Positions 17,750 to 28,174 are shown, numbered from the stretch's first letter. The stretch is 59,712 nucleotides of DNA from a virus (IMGVR_UViG_3300036806_000195:1-59712), one strand, 5' to 3'. Made by a program: numbers and translations. Notes: generated by a model not told the origin, from the letters alone.

Positions 17750-18736
17750 TTAAAGGAGACGTCCGCCTTGAGGCCATTCATGAGGGAGCTTACTACCTTT
17801 GCTGGTATTGCAAGTTGGACAGGTAATAACCAGATTCCAGGGACCGTTAGATGTCCCCTCCCGTGCCAGCGGAATAATATGATCAACATGATAGGCGTGC
17901 TTGCCTTTTGCAAACTTGGTGCCACAATAGTAGCACTTGTGTTTTTGCCTTTTGAGCTGATCATGAGTATCCTGAGTGGTGTGAGATCCGGGTGCCGACT
18001 TCTTGCGAGCGATGCGGTTGAGTGTCCTCGTACGGGCTTTAATTTTCCAGTCTTCTGTTCGTCTCTTGGCATGCCAGTATGCTTGAATTTCTTCCCGATG
18101 AGATGCGTTGTACATCTTCTTGTATATTCGGTCGCGTTCTCTGTGCAATGCTCTGTAAAGTTTGTGGTACGCTTTATCGCGTTCACTGTTTGCTTTGCGA
18201 TATGCTTTTCTGGCTTCTTTGCCTCCCTTCCTTGCATGATATGCTTTAATAGACTTTTTACTGCATTCTTTGCAGTAATAGGCAAGCCTGTCTTTAGTGG
18301 CTCTTCTGTAACTAAAGTACTCCAATGTTGCAGGAAGCTTCTTGTCGCAGCGAGGACACAACTTGTATTCCTCTTTGGGGTTTATTGTCTTGTCATTAGA
18401 CTTGTTATGTCCTCTGCGATAATCTTTGCGGCATTCTCTACATTGCCTGTTCAGGCAATCAGGGGAAATGTAAGAGGGTACAGCATTAAAGAATTCCTTG
18501 GTGGCAAGCTTGACCTCTTTGCATTCCCTGCAACGCTTATGTCCTTCTGGTGCAGGTGGGAGTTCAGGCGGCTTCTCAGCTTCGCGTTTCGCTTTTGCTT
18601 TGTCGTTTCTGCATTTTTTGCAGTGAGAAGCCAAACGGTCGCTATTCTTCTTGTCAGAGGTAAAGGAATCCTTGGACTTAATCTGCTTGCAGCTAGAGCA
18701 TTGCTTCTGAGAGGTATCTTGAGGTATAGTAGTCAC
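17750..18736 (-). CDS. HNH homing endonuclease with multiple zinc-finger repeats, inserted antisense in the tail operon
   Basis: CYYCG...HVDHIIPL...NLVITCPTCNTSKG; three KxCxxC...F...CxxC repeats; GTG start with AGGAGG. Confidence 0.88.
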   Translation of the reverse strand: MTTIPQDTSQKQCSSCKQIKSKDSFTSDKKNSDRLASHCKKCRNDKAKAKREAEKPPELPPAPEGHKRCRECKEVKLATKEFFNAVPSYISPDCLNRQCRECRKDYRRGHNKSNDKTINPKEEYKLCPRCDKKLPATLEYFSYRRATKDRLAYYCKECSKKSIKAYHARKGGKEARKAYRKANSERDKAYHKLYRALHRERDRIYKKMYNASHREEIQAYWHAKRRTEDWKIKARTRTLNRIARKKSAPGSHTTQDTHDQLKRQKHKCYYCGTKFAKGKHAYHVDHIIPLAREGTSNGPWNLVITCPTCNTSKGSKLPHEWPQGGRLL

Positions 18737-18884
18737 GCGGTAGACCTCCTATGTCTATCGTCACGCCAGCGGTTGTTTCAGCAACGCGCTGGCAAACCCA
18801 TATTTAGATGGGTTAATTTTACCACAAACCCGCTCCAAAGGCCAGCTTATACCTCCTTTAGCTTTGCGAAAGGAGGTGTTTGCC

Positions 18885-19385
18885 ATGCCATTTGACTCAC
18901 CTAACACCACTGCTGTCCTGCAACAGATCAAGACTATGGCTCAAGGTGTCCAGGTTGGGGGCTCGAACTTCTTCCAAGCTGCGAACGTCAAGGCTGGACG
19001 CTTTAAGGATATCAGGGACAACCTCCCAGCATTTGAGGTTGTGCTTGGCCCTAGGGATGAGACCAAACGCCAGACCAGTGGTGGGGCTCCTGTCGTTGGG
19101 GGAAGGATTGATGACAGCCAGGACTACACCTTTGAGGTCACTCTGCCTTATAGCGATGCTGATTCTGAGGAGGTAGAGAGCACAACGTTACCCGGTATCA
19201 GGGATGCTCTCACGAAGATGTTTCACGCATCGGCCAATCTTGGACTGCCTGGCCAGGTTCAAAGTAGCAGGATCACCGGTGATGATGGTGAATACCTCTA
19301 TGTTGTGAGGAATGGTGAGATGTACCGCGTGTATAGAAATGTACTACGCGTGCAATATCAATATAACGTCGTGATGATACCTTAA
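18885..19385 (+). CDS. Putative tail terminator/completion protein
   Basis: AGGAGG RBS before ATG 18885; position and size. Confidence 0.55.
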   Translation: MPFDSPNTTAVLQQIKTMAQGVQVGGSNFFQAANVKAGRFKDIRDNLPAFEVVLGPRDETKRQTSGGAPVVGGRIDDSQDYTFEVTLPYSDADSEEVESTTLPGIRDALTKMFHASANLGLPGQVQSSRITGDDGEYLYVVRNGEMYRVYRNVLRVQYQYNVVMIP

Positions 19386-19393
19386 GGAGAAAT

Positions 19394-19684
19394 ATGAGTA
19401 ACGAAATTCAGCAAGTACCTAGCGTGGGGAGTATGGTCTATTTTGTACTTCCTGAGAGCAGTCGCTATCCAGGAGAGCACAGACCGGCAATCATAGTCAA
19501 GATTTGGGATGAAGAACCGAAACCCGATTCGATGGTGCAGCTTCAGGTCTTTACCGATGGCTCAAATGATGGTGATTTGTACAAGAGTGGCCTGTTCTGG
19601 GCTACATCAGTTCATTATGCAGATCCATCAGAGAACAAGCCTTATTCATGGCACTGGCCTGAATTTGTGCCACAAAGGGGCTGA
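19394..19684 (+). CDS. conserved phage protein
   Basis: PSVGSMVYF...RPAIIVK...VQLQVF...WHWP. Confidence 0.7.
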   Translation: MSNEIQQVPSVGSMVYFVLPESSRYPGEHRPAIIVKIWDEEPKPDSMVQLQVFTDGSNDGDLYKSGLFWATSVHYADPSENKPYSWHWPEFVPQRG

Positions 19685-19688
19685 AACC

Positions 19689-19889
19689 ATGGATGAAAAG
19701 ATAGCCGACGAGAATGGCAAGGTGGACCAACCAGGACATGAGGCGACGTATCCGCCAGGTACAAAAGTCTACTTCCAGAACGGGGTATATGCGGGCCATG
19801 AGACGCCAGAGGAAAAGCCTCAAGAGGAAGAAAAGCCAGCTAAAGTGCAAAAAAAGCAAATAGAGACTCCAATAGAGTCGAAAGAATGA
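19689..19889 (+). CDS. hypothetical protein
   Basis: small acidic ORF before tail tube. Confidence 0.5.
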   Translation: MDEKIADENGKVDQPGHEATYPPGTKVYFQNGVYAGHETPEEKPQEEEKPAKVQKKQIETPIESKE

Positions 19890-19906
19890 ATGAAAGAAGG
19901 TAAGTT

Positions 19907-21631
19907 ATGAGCGGGAACTCGGCATTAGGACGCGTAGGCATTGCGTTCGAGTCAGTTACCAATCCTGGTCTAGTGTTGTTGCTGGGGCCGACGCCCGTAT
20001 CATCTTTACCTGCGTCCCTCACAACACAACCAAACGCTGTGCCAGGTCGATCTATCTTCAGCGGCATGCGTCTCTTGATCGATGTGAGAGGCAACTTCGC
20101 CACGGGAACGATCACGGTCACCGGAAAGGATTTCACCCAGGCTATAGGTGCGCTGGTAAACAGCACGCCTACTATACCCATTGCTGGTACAGCGGCTAAC
20201 CAGCAACCGTATGAATATGTGACTCCCGGTGTCTATTCCACAATAGATGCCTCAGGTGTGGCTGTTACTGGCTTAACAGGCGGTGTTGTGCGCATATGGG
20301 GAATTGTTGCTGCAAGTACGCATGTGCCTGCGATGCTAGAGACTCCTGAGGAAAAGATAGAGAAGCATAGTCCTGAGGAGCAAAGAGGCACGCTTTCCAG
20401 GCACACGAACTTTAAGAACCTCAACAAAGTGGTAGACCTTGGCAAGTTCGACCAGGACCTCTATCTCGACAACTGTGCTGAATGGTTTGGTCGGTCGGTT
20501 ATCGGTAATAGCCCTACTCAGGTCACGATACCGGCCTCGCCTACGGTCTTGAAGACTACCACAGCCGTTGCTACCTTCCCTGTATCTCTCACTACACAGC
20601 CCAATACCATAGGCCCTGGTTCAATCCTAGAGCTTGTGGTCACCGCATCATCGGCAGTTGGCACGGTGACGATCACAGGTACCAACATACTCGGTCAGAC
20701 CATAAGTGAAACCGTGATATGTGGTCTGCCTGCAGCCGCTAACGGAAATGGAACATTCTACACGCAGCAGGTCTTTGCTTCAGTCAATGCTTCTGGTGTA
20801 GCACTCGGCAGCGGTCTTACAGGTGGCTCGGTCGCTATCAATGGCATAATCGGCATCCAGGAGACCTACCAAGTTGGCTTGGCTGGTGTTGGTGCTGGTG
20901 ATGTGCTCAGACCTCTAGTGGTAGAGCAGTATACGGGTGTTGATGCACTTACACACCCTCTCTCATTCTTTGAAGAGGTCACGATCGAGGGTGCATCTGA
21001 GGGGAAAGAGAACAAAATCTCTTGCAAAGGTGGATGCCAGGATCAACTAGCCATAGGGGACCGCACTGTTGCCAATATGGAGAACATCACAGGTAATGTT
21101 CCATTTGGCTCTGTTGGAGGCTTATCTCAGATCTGGCAACCATTTGATGTAGGGCTTGGTGGCTGGCAAACCACGTGGTTTATCGATCCTTTGAGCGGTA
21201 CGGCTGGTACAACCGCATATAGTCAGGTGCTTGACTGGAAGATCTCCTTTAAGAATCCACGTACCAGAAACTACCCAGCAGTCAATAGCCAGCGGCTTCA
21301 ATCTATCACCAGGAAGCAGCGCGAGGTTGAAATCGAATTGACTATCCTCTTTGAGGACCTTGTGCAGTACGAGAAGTATCGCCAGAACGTTAAGCAGCTT
21401 CTACGTGCTCAGTTTGTAAGTCATGTGTATATGGGTACCACAGGGAGTGTTATCTACTTCAAGAACTGGACGTTCGACTTTCCTGCAAAGCTTGTCGAAG
21501 CGAAACGAGACTCAACAAAGCTTGAAAGGGTAGAAGCTAAAGTAAAATTCATGACAGAGTATACCGACTCCCTAGGCTATGAGATCAAGCTTGTCAAGCA
21601 AGTGCAGCTTCCGCCTAACTACGCCGCATAA
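19907..21631 (+). CDS. Major tail tube protein with duplicated inserted domains
   Basis: position before chaperone and tape measure; N-terminal GRVGIAFE; two SLTTQPN...GT(I/V)T(V/I)TG repeats. Confidence 0.7.
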   Translation: MSGNSALGRVGIAFESVTNPGLVLLLGPTPVSSLPASLTTQPNAVPGRSIFSGMRLLIDVRGNFATGTITVTGKDFTQAIGALVNSTPTIPIAGTAANQQPYEYVTPGVYSTIDASGVAVTGLTGGVVRIWGIVAASTHVPAMLETPEEKIEKHSPEEQRGTLSRHTNFKNLNKVVDLGKFDQDLYLDNCAEWFGRSVIGNSPTQVTIPASPTVLKTTTAVATFPVSLTTQPNTIGPGSILELVVTASSAVGTVTITGTNILGQTISETVICGLPAAANGNGTFYTQQVFASVNASGVALGSGLTGGSVAINGIIGIQETYQVGLAGVGAGDVLRPLVVEQYTGVDALTHPLSFFEEVTIEGASEGKENKISCKGGCQDQLAIGDRTVANMENITGNVPFGSVGGLSQIWQPFDVGLGGWQTTWFIDPLSGTAGTTAYSQVLDWKISFKNPRTRNYPAVNSQRLQSITRKQREVEIELTILFEDLVQYEKYRQNVKQLLRAQFVSHVYMGTTGSVIYFKNWTFDFPAKLVEAKRDSTKLERVEAKVKFMTEYTDSLGYEIKLVKQVQLPPNYAA

Positions 21632-21666
21632 TGGGCATTTTACGAAAGATATTCAAGAGGAGAAAC

Positions 21667-22107
21667 ATGAACAATGGATTTAATCCGAACGAAGTAGAGA
21701 GTATACGAGCACCATGGTTCAAACCAGGTGAGTATGTCATTATCAAAACTGTGATGAAAGCAGGTGACGACGCCTGGATACAAGACCAATTGGTTCGAAC
21801 TGAGATAGGGCAGAAGCTCAAAAAGGAGGGGATGAACCTCAAAATCCAAGTTGGGACAACCAAGCTGGCCTCGGTAAAACGCATGGTTAAGGGTTGGAAC
21901 ATTCTCCAGACCGTGAGGCAATCCGATGGATCTGCTATTGAAGTTCCACTCATCTATTCTCCTGAAAATGTAGAAGAACTTCCAAAGACCTACTATGACT
22001 TTATTGCTAAGGAAATCAGTGACCGCAATCCTGACATGGATGAGCAGGAGGAGCAAGATTTTTTGCCTCCTGCCTCGGGTGTTATCGAGGCGAATCCGCA
22101 GAGCTAA
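21667..22107 (+). CDS. Tail assembly chaperone (G-like)
   Basis: GAGGAG RBS; VKGWNI motif; slippery site near the 3' end. Confidence 0.75.
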   Translation: MNNGFNPNEVESIRAPWFKPGEYVIIKTVMKAGDDAWIQDQLVRTEIGQKLKKEGMNLKIQVGTTKLASVKRMVKGWNILQTVRQSDGSAIEVPLIYSPENVEELPKTYYDFIAKEISDRNPDMDEQEEQDFLPPASGVIEANPQS

Positions 22108-22289
22108 TACCTGAGATCAAGGATGCGATTATGTGGCGCATCTATGGTAGCAAAAGCGACTACTTAAACGCACCACGATTAGAAACACAAAGGCAGTGGA
22201 TACGTTACCAAGCTGAACAACAGTATGAGCAAGAGAAGCAAGAGCAGATAGAAAAGAAGCAAAGAGAGGAGTTTGAAAGAAACAAATGA
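22059..22289 (+). other. -1 programmed frameshift site (T TTT TTG) and extension giving the G-T-like chaperone
   Basis: -1 frame FASCLGCYRGES...EEFERNK is open until the TGA overlapping the tape-measure ATG. Confidence 0.8.
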
Positions 22290-25096
22290 CCGACCTCTTT
22301 TTGCGCATCCAACTCCAAGCCAAAGATGCTGCTTCTGCTGCGGTAAAAGCGATAGGTGACAACCTCTCCTCTCTAGGCAATGTTGCAAAGGTTGGTCTAG
22401 GCAACGTCAGCAAAGCAGCATCTTTGGCTGGCACTGATATCTCTAAGCTCTCTAAGAGCCAGATAGATGCGTCCATAGCCGGTAAGCGTCTGGAGGTTGC
22501 TCAAGCAGGTGCTGCCATGGCTCTCAAGAAAGCTGAGGATATAGCGGCTGGGGGAAAGGCTTCCACTGAGCAGCTTACATTAGCTCAGTCCAGAGCCGCT
22601 TTAGCCGCTGAGAAGGTCAAGTCTGCTGAGCACGCGCTTGCTGGTGCTGTGCAGAAAGCATCCTCTGAGATGCAAGGCGGCGCTACCAAGACTATGACGC
22701 TCAAAGAGCACCTTGCATCACTGGAAACCACAGTAAGAAATACAAGCGGCGGATTCCTCAATTTTGCCTCAAAAGCCTCAATGGTCGGCATGGGCGTGGT
22801 CGGCCTGGCGCGAGGCGCTATAGATCTTGGCTCGTCTCTCCTTGAGCCATTGATGTCGTCCGAGCAGCTAGGCATAGCCTTTACTACTCTCATGGGCTCC
22901 GCTGAGGGAGCTGCAAAAGAGATTAAATCACTGAACACGTTCGCTGATATCACTCCATTTGAGCCAGGTCCAGTCCAGGAGTACGCTGCTCAACTCATTG
23001 GAATGGGTATCAGTGCGGATCAAACTATCCCTATTATGACGAGCCTGGGGGATGCTCTCTTTGGTATAGGGCACGGTACTGAAGCTGAGATGTCTTCAGT
23101 TGTCGATCAGATAGGCAAGATACGAGTAGCAGGTGTAGCTACGTGGGGTGATATTTCTCAATTGCAGACGCATGGTATTGATGCTTTAGGCGCTATGAGC
23201 CTGGCAACTGGCAAGACAAAAGAGTCGCTAAGAGACTTGGCTGGTAGTGGTGGCATACCAGCTAAAGATGCGATAGATGCGCTGACTAAAGGAATAGAGA
23301 TGAATCCGCTCTATAAGGGCGGTATGGCTAAGCAGGCTAGCTCGCTAAGTGGGGTTATGTCGACTTTGGCGGGCTATGTAAAGAAAGCAACAAATTCTTT
23401 CCTTGGGCTTAATGAAGGAGGGCAAGTTGTTGCAGGCTCGTTGCTAGACAAGTTAAAAGGTGGCATTTCAGCAGTAGGGGCGGCTGTCCAAAATCCAGCA
23501 TTCCAGAGCTTTGCATCAGGGGCTGGCAAACTGCTAGGTGATATCATCAAGCAAATAGGGGATGTTATCAAGTCCATTGATTGGGGCGCGTTTGCGGGTG
23601 ATTTTGCTTATCTAGGTCAGCAAATTGGTATTGCGGCCCCAAGTGCTAATCAGATGAAAACAGCTATCAGTGACATAGGAGCAGTTTTGAAGACGGTTGT
23701 GACAGATGTGGGTAATTTTGCAAGAGGGTTAGGAGATGTCATCAAGTTCTTCAAAGAGAATGAAATAGCTGGTGATGCACTAAAAGCAGTACTTATTGCA
23801 CTTGGTGTCATCATAGCGCCTATAGCTCTTATCATCGGAGGTCTGTTCGTTGCAAGCATGGTCAGTGCCACGATTTCAGCTATAGGGTTCGTCATATCGC
23901 TTTGGCCTATCTTTTTGGTTGTTGGCATCCTGGCTGCCGTCATCTTCGGAGTTATCCTGGCTATTCAGCATTGGGGACAGATCGTTGCATGGCTCCAAGG
24001 CGTCTGGGGTGCGTTCTCTAGCTGGTTTATGGGTGCATTAGGAGCAGTAGGAAACTTTTTCCACAATATATGGAATGGCATTGTAACAGGATTGACAGCA
24101 GCTTGGAACTTTATCGTCAATATTGTAAAAATTGGAGCGATGCTTGTTCTTGGCGCTATTTTTGCTCCATTTATTGCAATAGGCGCTTTGTTTGTTTGGC
24201 TGTATAACCATAACTACTATTTTAAGGCGCTAGTTGATGCAATAGTTGGGTTCTTCCAATGGTGCTTTATGTGGTTACAAGTTGCCTGGAGTGCCACAAT
24301 TGCTTGGCTGTTTGGTGTTTGGCAAGGTGTAGTGGGAATTGCAGGTGCTGTTTGGGGTGCTGTAAGTGGCGCTATTCGTACTGGCTTTTTTGCCGCTATT
24401 GGTTTCGTTACATGGATCTGGGGAATAATATCATCAACTTTTTCCAGTGCTTGGGGTACATATATTGCCGGTCCTTTAGGGGCTTTGTGGCGCAATGTTT
24501 CAAGTGTTTTTTCTTCCGCGTGGGGAACCTATATAGCAGGGCCTATATCATCTCTGTGGAATAATCTGAGCTCAACGGTTGGAGGATGGGCAACACAAGC
24601 AATTCAGTGGGGAAAAAATTTGATTAATGGCATTATCCAAGGAATAAAAGATGCAGCAGCGGGAGTAGGTAACGCTGTAGCTGGAGCTGCCACCACTATC
24701 AAAAACTTCCTTGGTTTTCACTCGCCAACAAAAGAAGGTCCAGGACGTGAGTCAGGCACGTGGGCACCCAACTTTGTGAAGATGTATGCCAAGGGGCTTA
24801 CTGACAATCTTCCTCTTATTGAGAGTGCTGTAAATAAGCTCTCAACTCCTATCGGTATTAGTGCCCTAAGCTCAAATAACGTCAGTGTTTCAAACAGTCT
24901 TGTTGGCAAGAGCCCAGCGTCTGGGGGAAGCTCGGTCACGGTAGTGAACAATCATTTTAGCGTGACCATCAGCGCCCCCGGGCGCTCTCGCAATGAAGCG
25001 CAAGAGATAGCGGACAAGGTAAAAGACGAACTGACAAAAGAGCTGAATAGAAGTGGTGTCTTAGTGTCCTGGGCATCGGGAGGGAAGTCATCATGA
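22286..25096 (+). CDS. Tape measure protein
   Basis: 936 aa, Ala/Gly-rich, FTTLMGS...TPFE domain, Trp-periodic repeats, FLGFHSPT. Confidence 0.93.
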   Translation: MTDLFLRIQLQAKDAASAAVKAIGDNLSSLGNVAKVGLGNVSKAASLAGTDISKLSKSQIDASIAGKRLEVAQAGAAMALKKAEDIAAGGKASTEQLTLAQSRAALAAEKVKSAEHALAGAVQKASSEMQGGATKTMTLKEHLASLETTVRNTSGGFLNFASKASMVGMGVVGLARGAIDLGSSLLEPLMSSEQLGIAFTTLMGSAEGAAKEIKSLNTFADITPFEPGPVQEYAAQLIGMGISADQTIPIMTSLGDALFGIGHGTEAEMSSVVDQIGKIRVAGVATWGDISQLQTHGIDALGAMSLATGKTKESLRDLAGSGGIPAKDAIDALTKGIEMNPLYKGGMAKQASSLSGVMSTLAGYVKKATNSFLGLNEGGQVVAGSLLDKLKGGISAVGAAVQNPAFQSFASGAGKLLGDIIKQIGDVIKSIDWGAFAGDFAYLGQQIGIAAPSANQMKTAISDIGAVLKTVVTDVGNFARGLGDVIKFFKENEIAGDALKAVLIALGVIIAPIALIIGGLFVASMVSATISAIGFVISLWPIFLVVGILAAVIFGVILAIQHWGQIVAWLQGVWGAFSSWFMGALGAVGNFFHNIWNGIVTGLTAAWNFIVNIVKIGAMLVLGAIFAPFIAIGALFVWLYNHNYYFKALVDAIVGFFQWCFMWLQVAWSATIAWLFGVWQGVVGIAGAVWGAVSGAIRTGFFAAIGFVTWIWGIISSTFSSAWGTYIAGPLGALWRNVSSVFSSAWGTYIAGPISSLWNNLSSTVGGWATQAIQWGKNLINGIIQGIKDAAAGVGNAVAGAATTIKNFLGFHSPTKEGPGRESGTWAPNFVKMYAKGLTDNLPLIESAVNKLSTPIGISALSSNNVSVSNSLVGKSPASGGSSVTVVNNHFSVTISAPGRSRNEAQEIADKVKDELTKELNRSGVLVSWASGGKSS

Positions 25097-27186
25097 CTCT
25101 AACCTGTGTCAATGGCTACGATATATCAAAGTACGTAGAAAATACTATAAACTTTGATCAAGCAATAAATGACCAGATCCCTAAAGCGGATTTTGATGTA
25201 GTTGACGATGGGTGTCTGCTCACGTTTGATTGGGCTATGGAGGTCATTCTCTGGGATGAGAACACATCATCTATCCCTGCTCACAACCTCGTTCCCATGC
25301 CGAATGTGACCCCAACCTGGTCGCTCAACAGTTCTCCGCTCAGTGGATTGTTTTCAGGCTTTCCAGGACTCACGCCAGTTATGACCTTCAGCAACACAAC
25401 GTATAGCGGCGGAAACAATTGGGGACTAGCAACGGCATCCTCACCTACAGGATATATCCATCCTGGCCAGAGCTATATGCTGTCCATGTACCTCACTATC
25501 CCCACGCCGTTAGTGAACGCCCAGGCAATGCTCAAACTGGACTTCTTCGACCTGAATAACAACATCATAGGCGCGGGAAGTGTTCAGATAACGCTAAACA
25601 GTACTACGGCCAATGCTCGACAACGTGTGTCTGTGCAGGGCGTTGCTCCTGCTGGCGCTGCTCTTGTCAAAGGGAGCTTTGGGGGTACTGCAAGCGTAAG
25701 TGGAACCAACTCAGGCTCTATCACGTTTGATACGCCACAGCTTGAGCCGATGTACTTTAGCGACACTTCAGTTGATTGGAACATCAGTTACCCCACACCA
25801 AACTGCAACTATTATCAAGTAGATTGTGCTCAGATGCCGGACGGGACAACAAGCCGTGCATGTCGGATGTTTTCAGGATATATTGATGACTTCGAAGTGG
25901 ATTATGACGGGCCGAATAGGAAGTGGCATATCTCTTGCGCAGGCCCTGGGGCTCAGCTTGAAAATGGGAATATCAACGCGGTCTTCACCGGACAGACCGA
26001 CAGCACGATCCTCACCACACTGGTCAACTCCTATTTCAGTGGCCAGCTCTCGGTTGTCGCACCGAATAGCAGTAGCGCGGCCCCGATTCAGACAGGCATC
26101 GTCGAGGACAACATCACTTATAATGACAATTCTTTAAGAGAAGTTCTCAACGGCTTTACAGATAAATCCGGTTTCGTGGCCTTTATCGACATGTACTATG
26201 CCCTCAGGTATCAGCCTGAGTTCTACAACGTAGCCTCTTTTACTTTATCAGAAACACCAGATGAATCATCTTCTTTCCCGTATTCCGTCTATAACTACAA
26301 AAAAGATGGTACGCAGGTAAAGCGCCGTATCAAGATCACAGGCGGGAAAGGCATTGCTACAGCTTTTAAGCAATTTAGCGGGAATGGCTCTACCAAGATA
26401 TTCACACTAGACTATACACCATATTCTATGAATTCTCTTGTTTCTGCGGGTGTTACTCAGCGTGTCGGCATAAAAGGTAGGGATGGATTTACGGGTCAAT
26501 ATGATGTATTGATGGACAAGATCGCCAAGACGATAGAATTCAATGTAGCGCCGCCAAGTGGCACTAACAACATAACGGCTGTTCATGGCTACGAGGCTCC
26601 CATGAGCACACAGGCTATCATGCAAGGCTCTGGGCTGCCCTCGCTGCCTGCGTATGCCATACCTCTCTTTGATGCGAAAGTCAACGACACGAACATCAAT
26701 TCTCTTGTTAGTGCGACCCAGCGGGGTCTTGCTGAGATAGCCAAGAGTGGGAATCCGCGCGAGATCCTCAAAGCAACCTCTGAGCAGTTCGCACCGGCTG
26801 GTGTGGCTGTCTATATTACGCACACCCGTAGCGGCATCATCAACAAGCCATACGTCATTCAAAGCGTAAAAGGTAGATGCCTTGGCAATGGAATAAACGA
26901 GTATGATTATGTTCTTGGATCTTTTAATCCAAGTATCATTGATCACTTACGGAATGCTAACAAGGCCATGAACCGCTCTACAACGGTAAGCGGCGTAACA
27001 GCACCACAACAGATAGATGTAGTGGCAATTGAGATTATAGCTTATCGAGACTCTATTAGTGCCACACCAGTGGCAAGCTATAGCACAAGTGTTTACGGAA
27101 CTGCGCACTACGGCACGTCGGCTTACGGCGGATCTACAGGTGTTTACGGCACAGCTCGATACGGGCAATCGACAGTTTACGGGTGA
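25093..27186 (+). CDS. Tail tip/baseplate protein
   Basis: follows tape measure; FSGYIDDF; carbohydrate-binding-like insert; terminal YG repeats. Confidence 0.7.
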   Translation: MTLTCVNGYDISKYVENTINFDQAINDQIPKADFDVVDDGCLLTFDWAMEVILWDENTSSIPAHNLVPMPNVTPTWSLNSSPLSGLFSGFPGLTPVMTFSNTTYSGGNNWGLATASSPTGYIHPGQSYMLSMYLTIPTPLVNAQAMLKLDFFDLNNNIIGAGSVQITLNSTTANARQRVSVQGVAPAGAALVKGSFGGTASVSGTNSGSITFDTPQLEPMYFSDTSVDWNISYPTPNCNYYQVDCAQMPDGTTSRACRMFSGYIDDFEVDYDGPNRKWHISCAGPGAQLENGNINAVFTGQTDSTILTTLVNSYFSGQLSVVAPNSSSAAPIQTGIVEDNITYNDNSLREVLNGFTDKSGFVAFIDMYYALRYQPEFYNVASFTLSETPDESSSFPYSVYNYKKDGTQVKRRIKITGGKGIATAFKQFSGNGSTKIFTLDYTPYSMNSLVSAGVTQRVGIKGRDGFTGQYDVLMDKIAKTIEFNVAPPSGTNNITAVHGYEAPMSTQAIMQGSGLPSLPAYAIPLFDAKVNDTNINSLVSATQRGLAEIAKSGNPREILKATSEQFAPAGVAVYITHTRSGIINKPYVIQSVKGRCLGNGINEYDYVLGSFNPSIIDHLRNANKAMNRSTTVSGVTAPQQIDVVAIEIIAYRDSISATPVASYSTSVYGTAHYGTSAYGGSTGVYGTARYGQSTVYG

Positions 27187-27725
27187 TTATGTTTAAGAGA
27201 AGAAAAAACACAATAGAAGAAAATATCAAGGTTGTCGGTATCGTCAAGGTACGTGAGTTGCCTGCTGGGTGCTCACGTGAAGATTTTATGGAATGGTGGC
27301 CGCGTCTCACTGAAAAAGAGAGAGAACGCCACACCGTCTATGAGCATAAAAATATCTTGACGACGGTAGGGCGTAACCAGTTACTCAATTTCATAGCATC
27401 AAATAATGCAGTTATCGGTGCTTTTGCTCAGTTTTTCAGCGTGGGGACCTTGCCTATCACATCAGTTAGTCCTGGGGATACTCAGGTGCAGACGGAAATC
27501 TTCAGGGCCGTGCCGACATTGATCACGCTTACAGGACAGCAAGTGAATATCAGCACGTATTTCGGTCCCAGCCAAGCGAACGGGAATTATTCCAATGGAG
27601 GGTTATACGGCATTAACGCAACCTCTACGCTTGGAACTGGCACACTCATGACACACGCATTATACGTATATAGTAAGCAAAATGGTCAGGCTATAACAAA
27701 TGATTATTTGAATATAGTTCAGTGA
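27183..27725 (+). CDS. Tail/baseplate protein
   Basis: NILTTVGRN...VGT...DTQVQTEIFR resembles tail-fibre N-termini. Confidence 0.6.
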   Translation: MIMFKRRKNTIEENIKVVGIVKVRELPAGCSREDFMEWWPRLTEKERERHTVYEHKNILTTVGRNQLLNFIASNNAVIGAFAQFFSVGTLPITSVSPGDTQVQTEIFRAVPTLITLTGQQVNISTYFGPSQANGNYSNGGLYGINATSTLGTGTLMTHALYVYSKQNGQAITNDYLNIVQ

Positions 27726-27737
27726 GGTTAGACAAAA

Positions 27738-28085
27738 ATGGCTCTTAATACGGTCACAACTGGCAACACAGTTTTGGCAGCCGATATTAACCAATTGGTG
27801 CAGGTTTTACAACGTAGTGCAGGGCAAACAGAAACAGGGAAATACGTCCTTTCCGGTGGCGTTTATGGAAATAATGCAAGTGTTGCAGAGTATTGTGACT
27901 CGCTAAACCGCACTTCGACGCCTTCAAGTATAAGTGTCGACACGGCAGACCAAGCTGCAGGCGGTGGATGTACAGGAGTCGGTACGTCCTTCTTAACCGC
28001 CAATGGGTTCCAAGTATTTGAAACATCCACAACTGGACCAAATACCAATGGGCATGCGGCGGGAAACTATACGATTCAATTTTAG
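27738..28085 (+). CDS. Small tail fibre-like protein
   Basis: TGNTVLAADINQL N-terminus; G/T/S-rich. Confidence 0.55.
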   Translation: MALNTVTTGNTVLAADINQLVQVLQRSAGQTETGKYVLSGGVYGNNASVAEYCDSLNRTSTPSSISVDTADQAAGGGCTGVGTSFLTANGFQVFETSTTGPNTNGHAAGNYTIQF

Positions 28086-28174
28086 TAGAACTGAAAGTAG
28101 AAATAGAGGGTGACAATAAGAAAAAGACAAAATACGATCACAGCAATATGATCAGCAACTTTCATGTATGACAT
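28082..28174 (-). CDS. 30-aa single-TM peptide (not in ORF track)
   Basis: MSYMKVADHIAVIVFCLFLIVTLYFYFQFY; GGAGGAG RBS; TGATAAAAT extended -10 at 28209-28201. Confidence 0.55.
   Translation of the reverse strand: MSYMKVADHIAVIVFCLFLIVTLYFYFQFY

Noticed and set aside
17768-18895. 375-aa plus-strand ORF
   Set aside because: Antisense shadow of the HNH gene with no recognisable motifs
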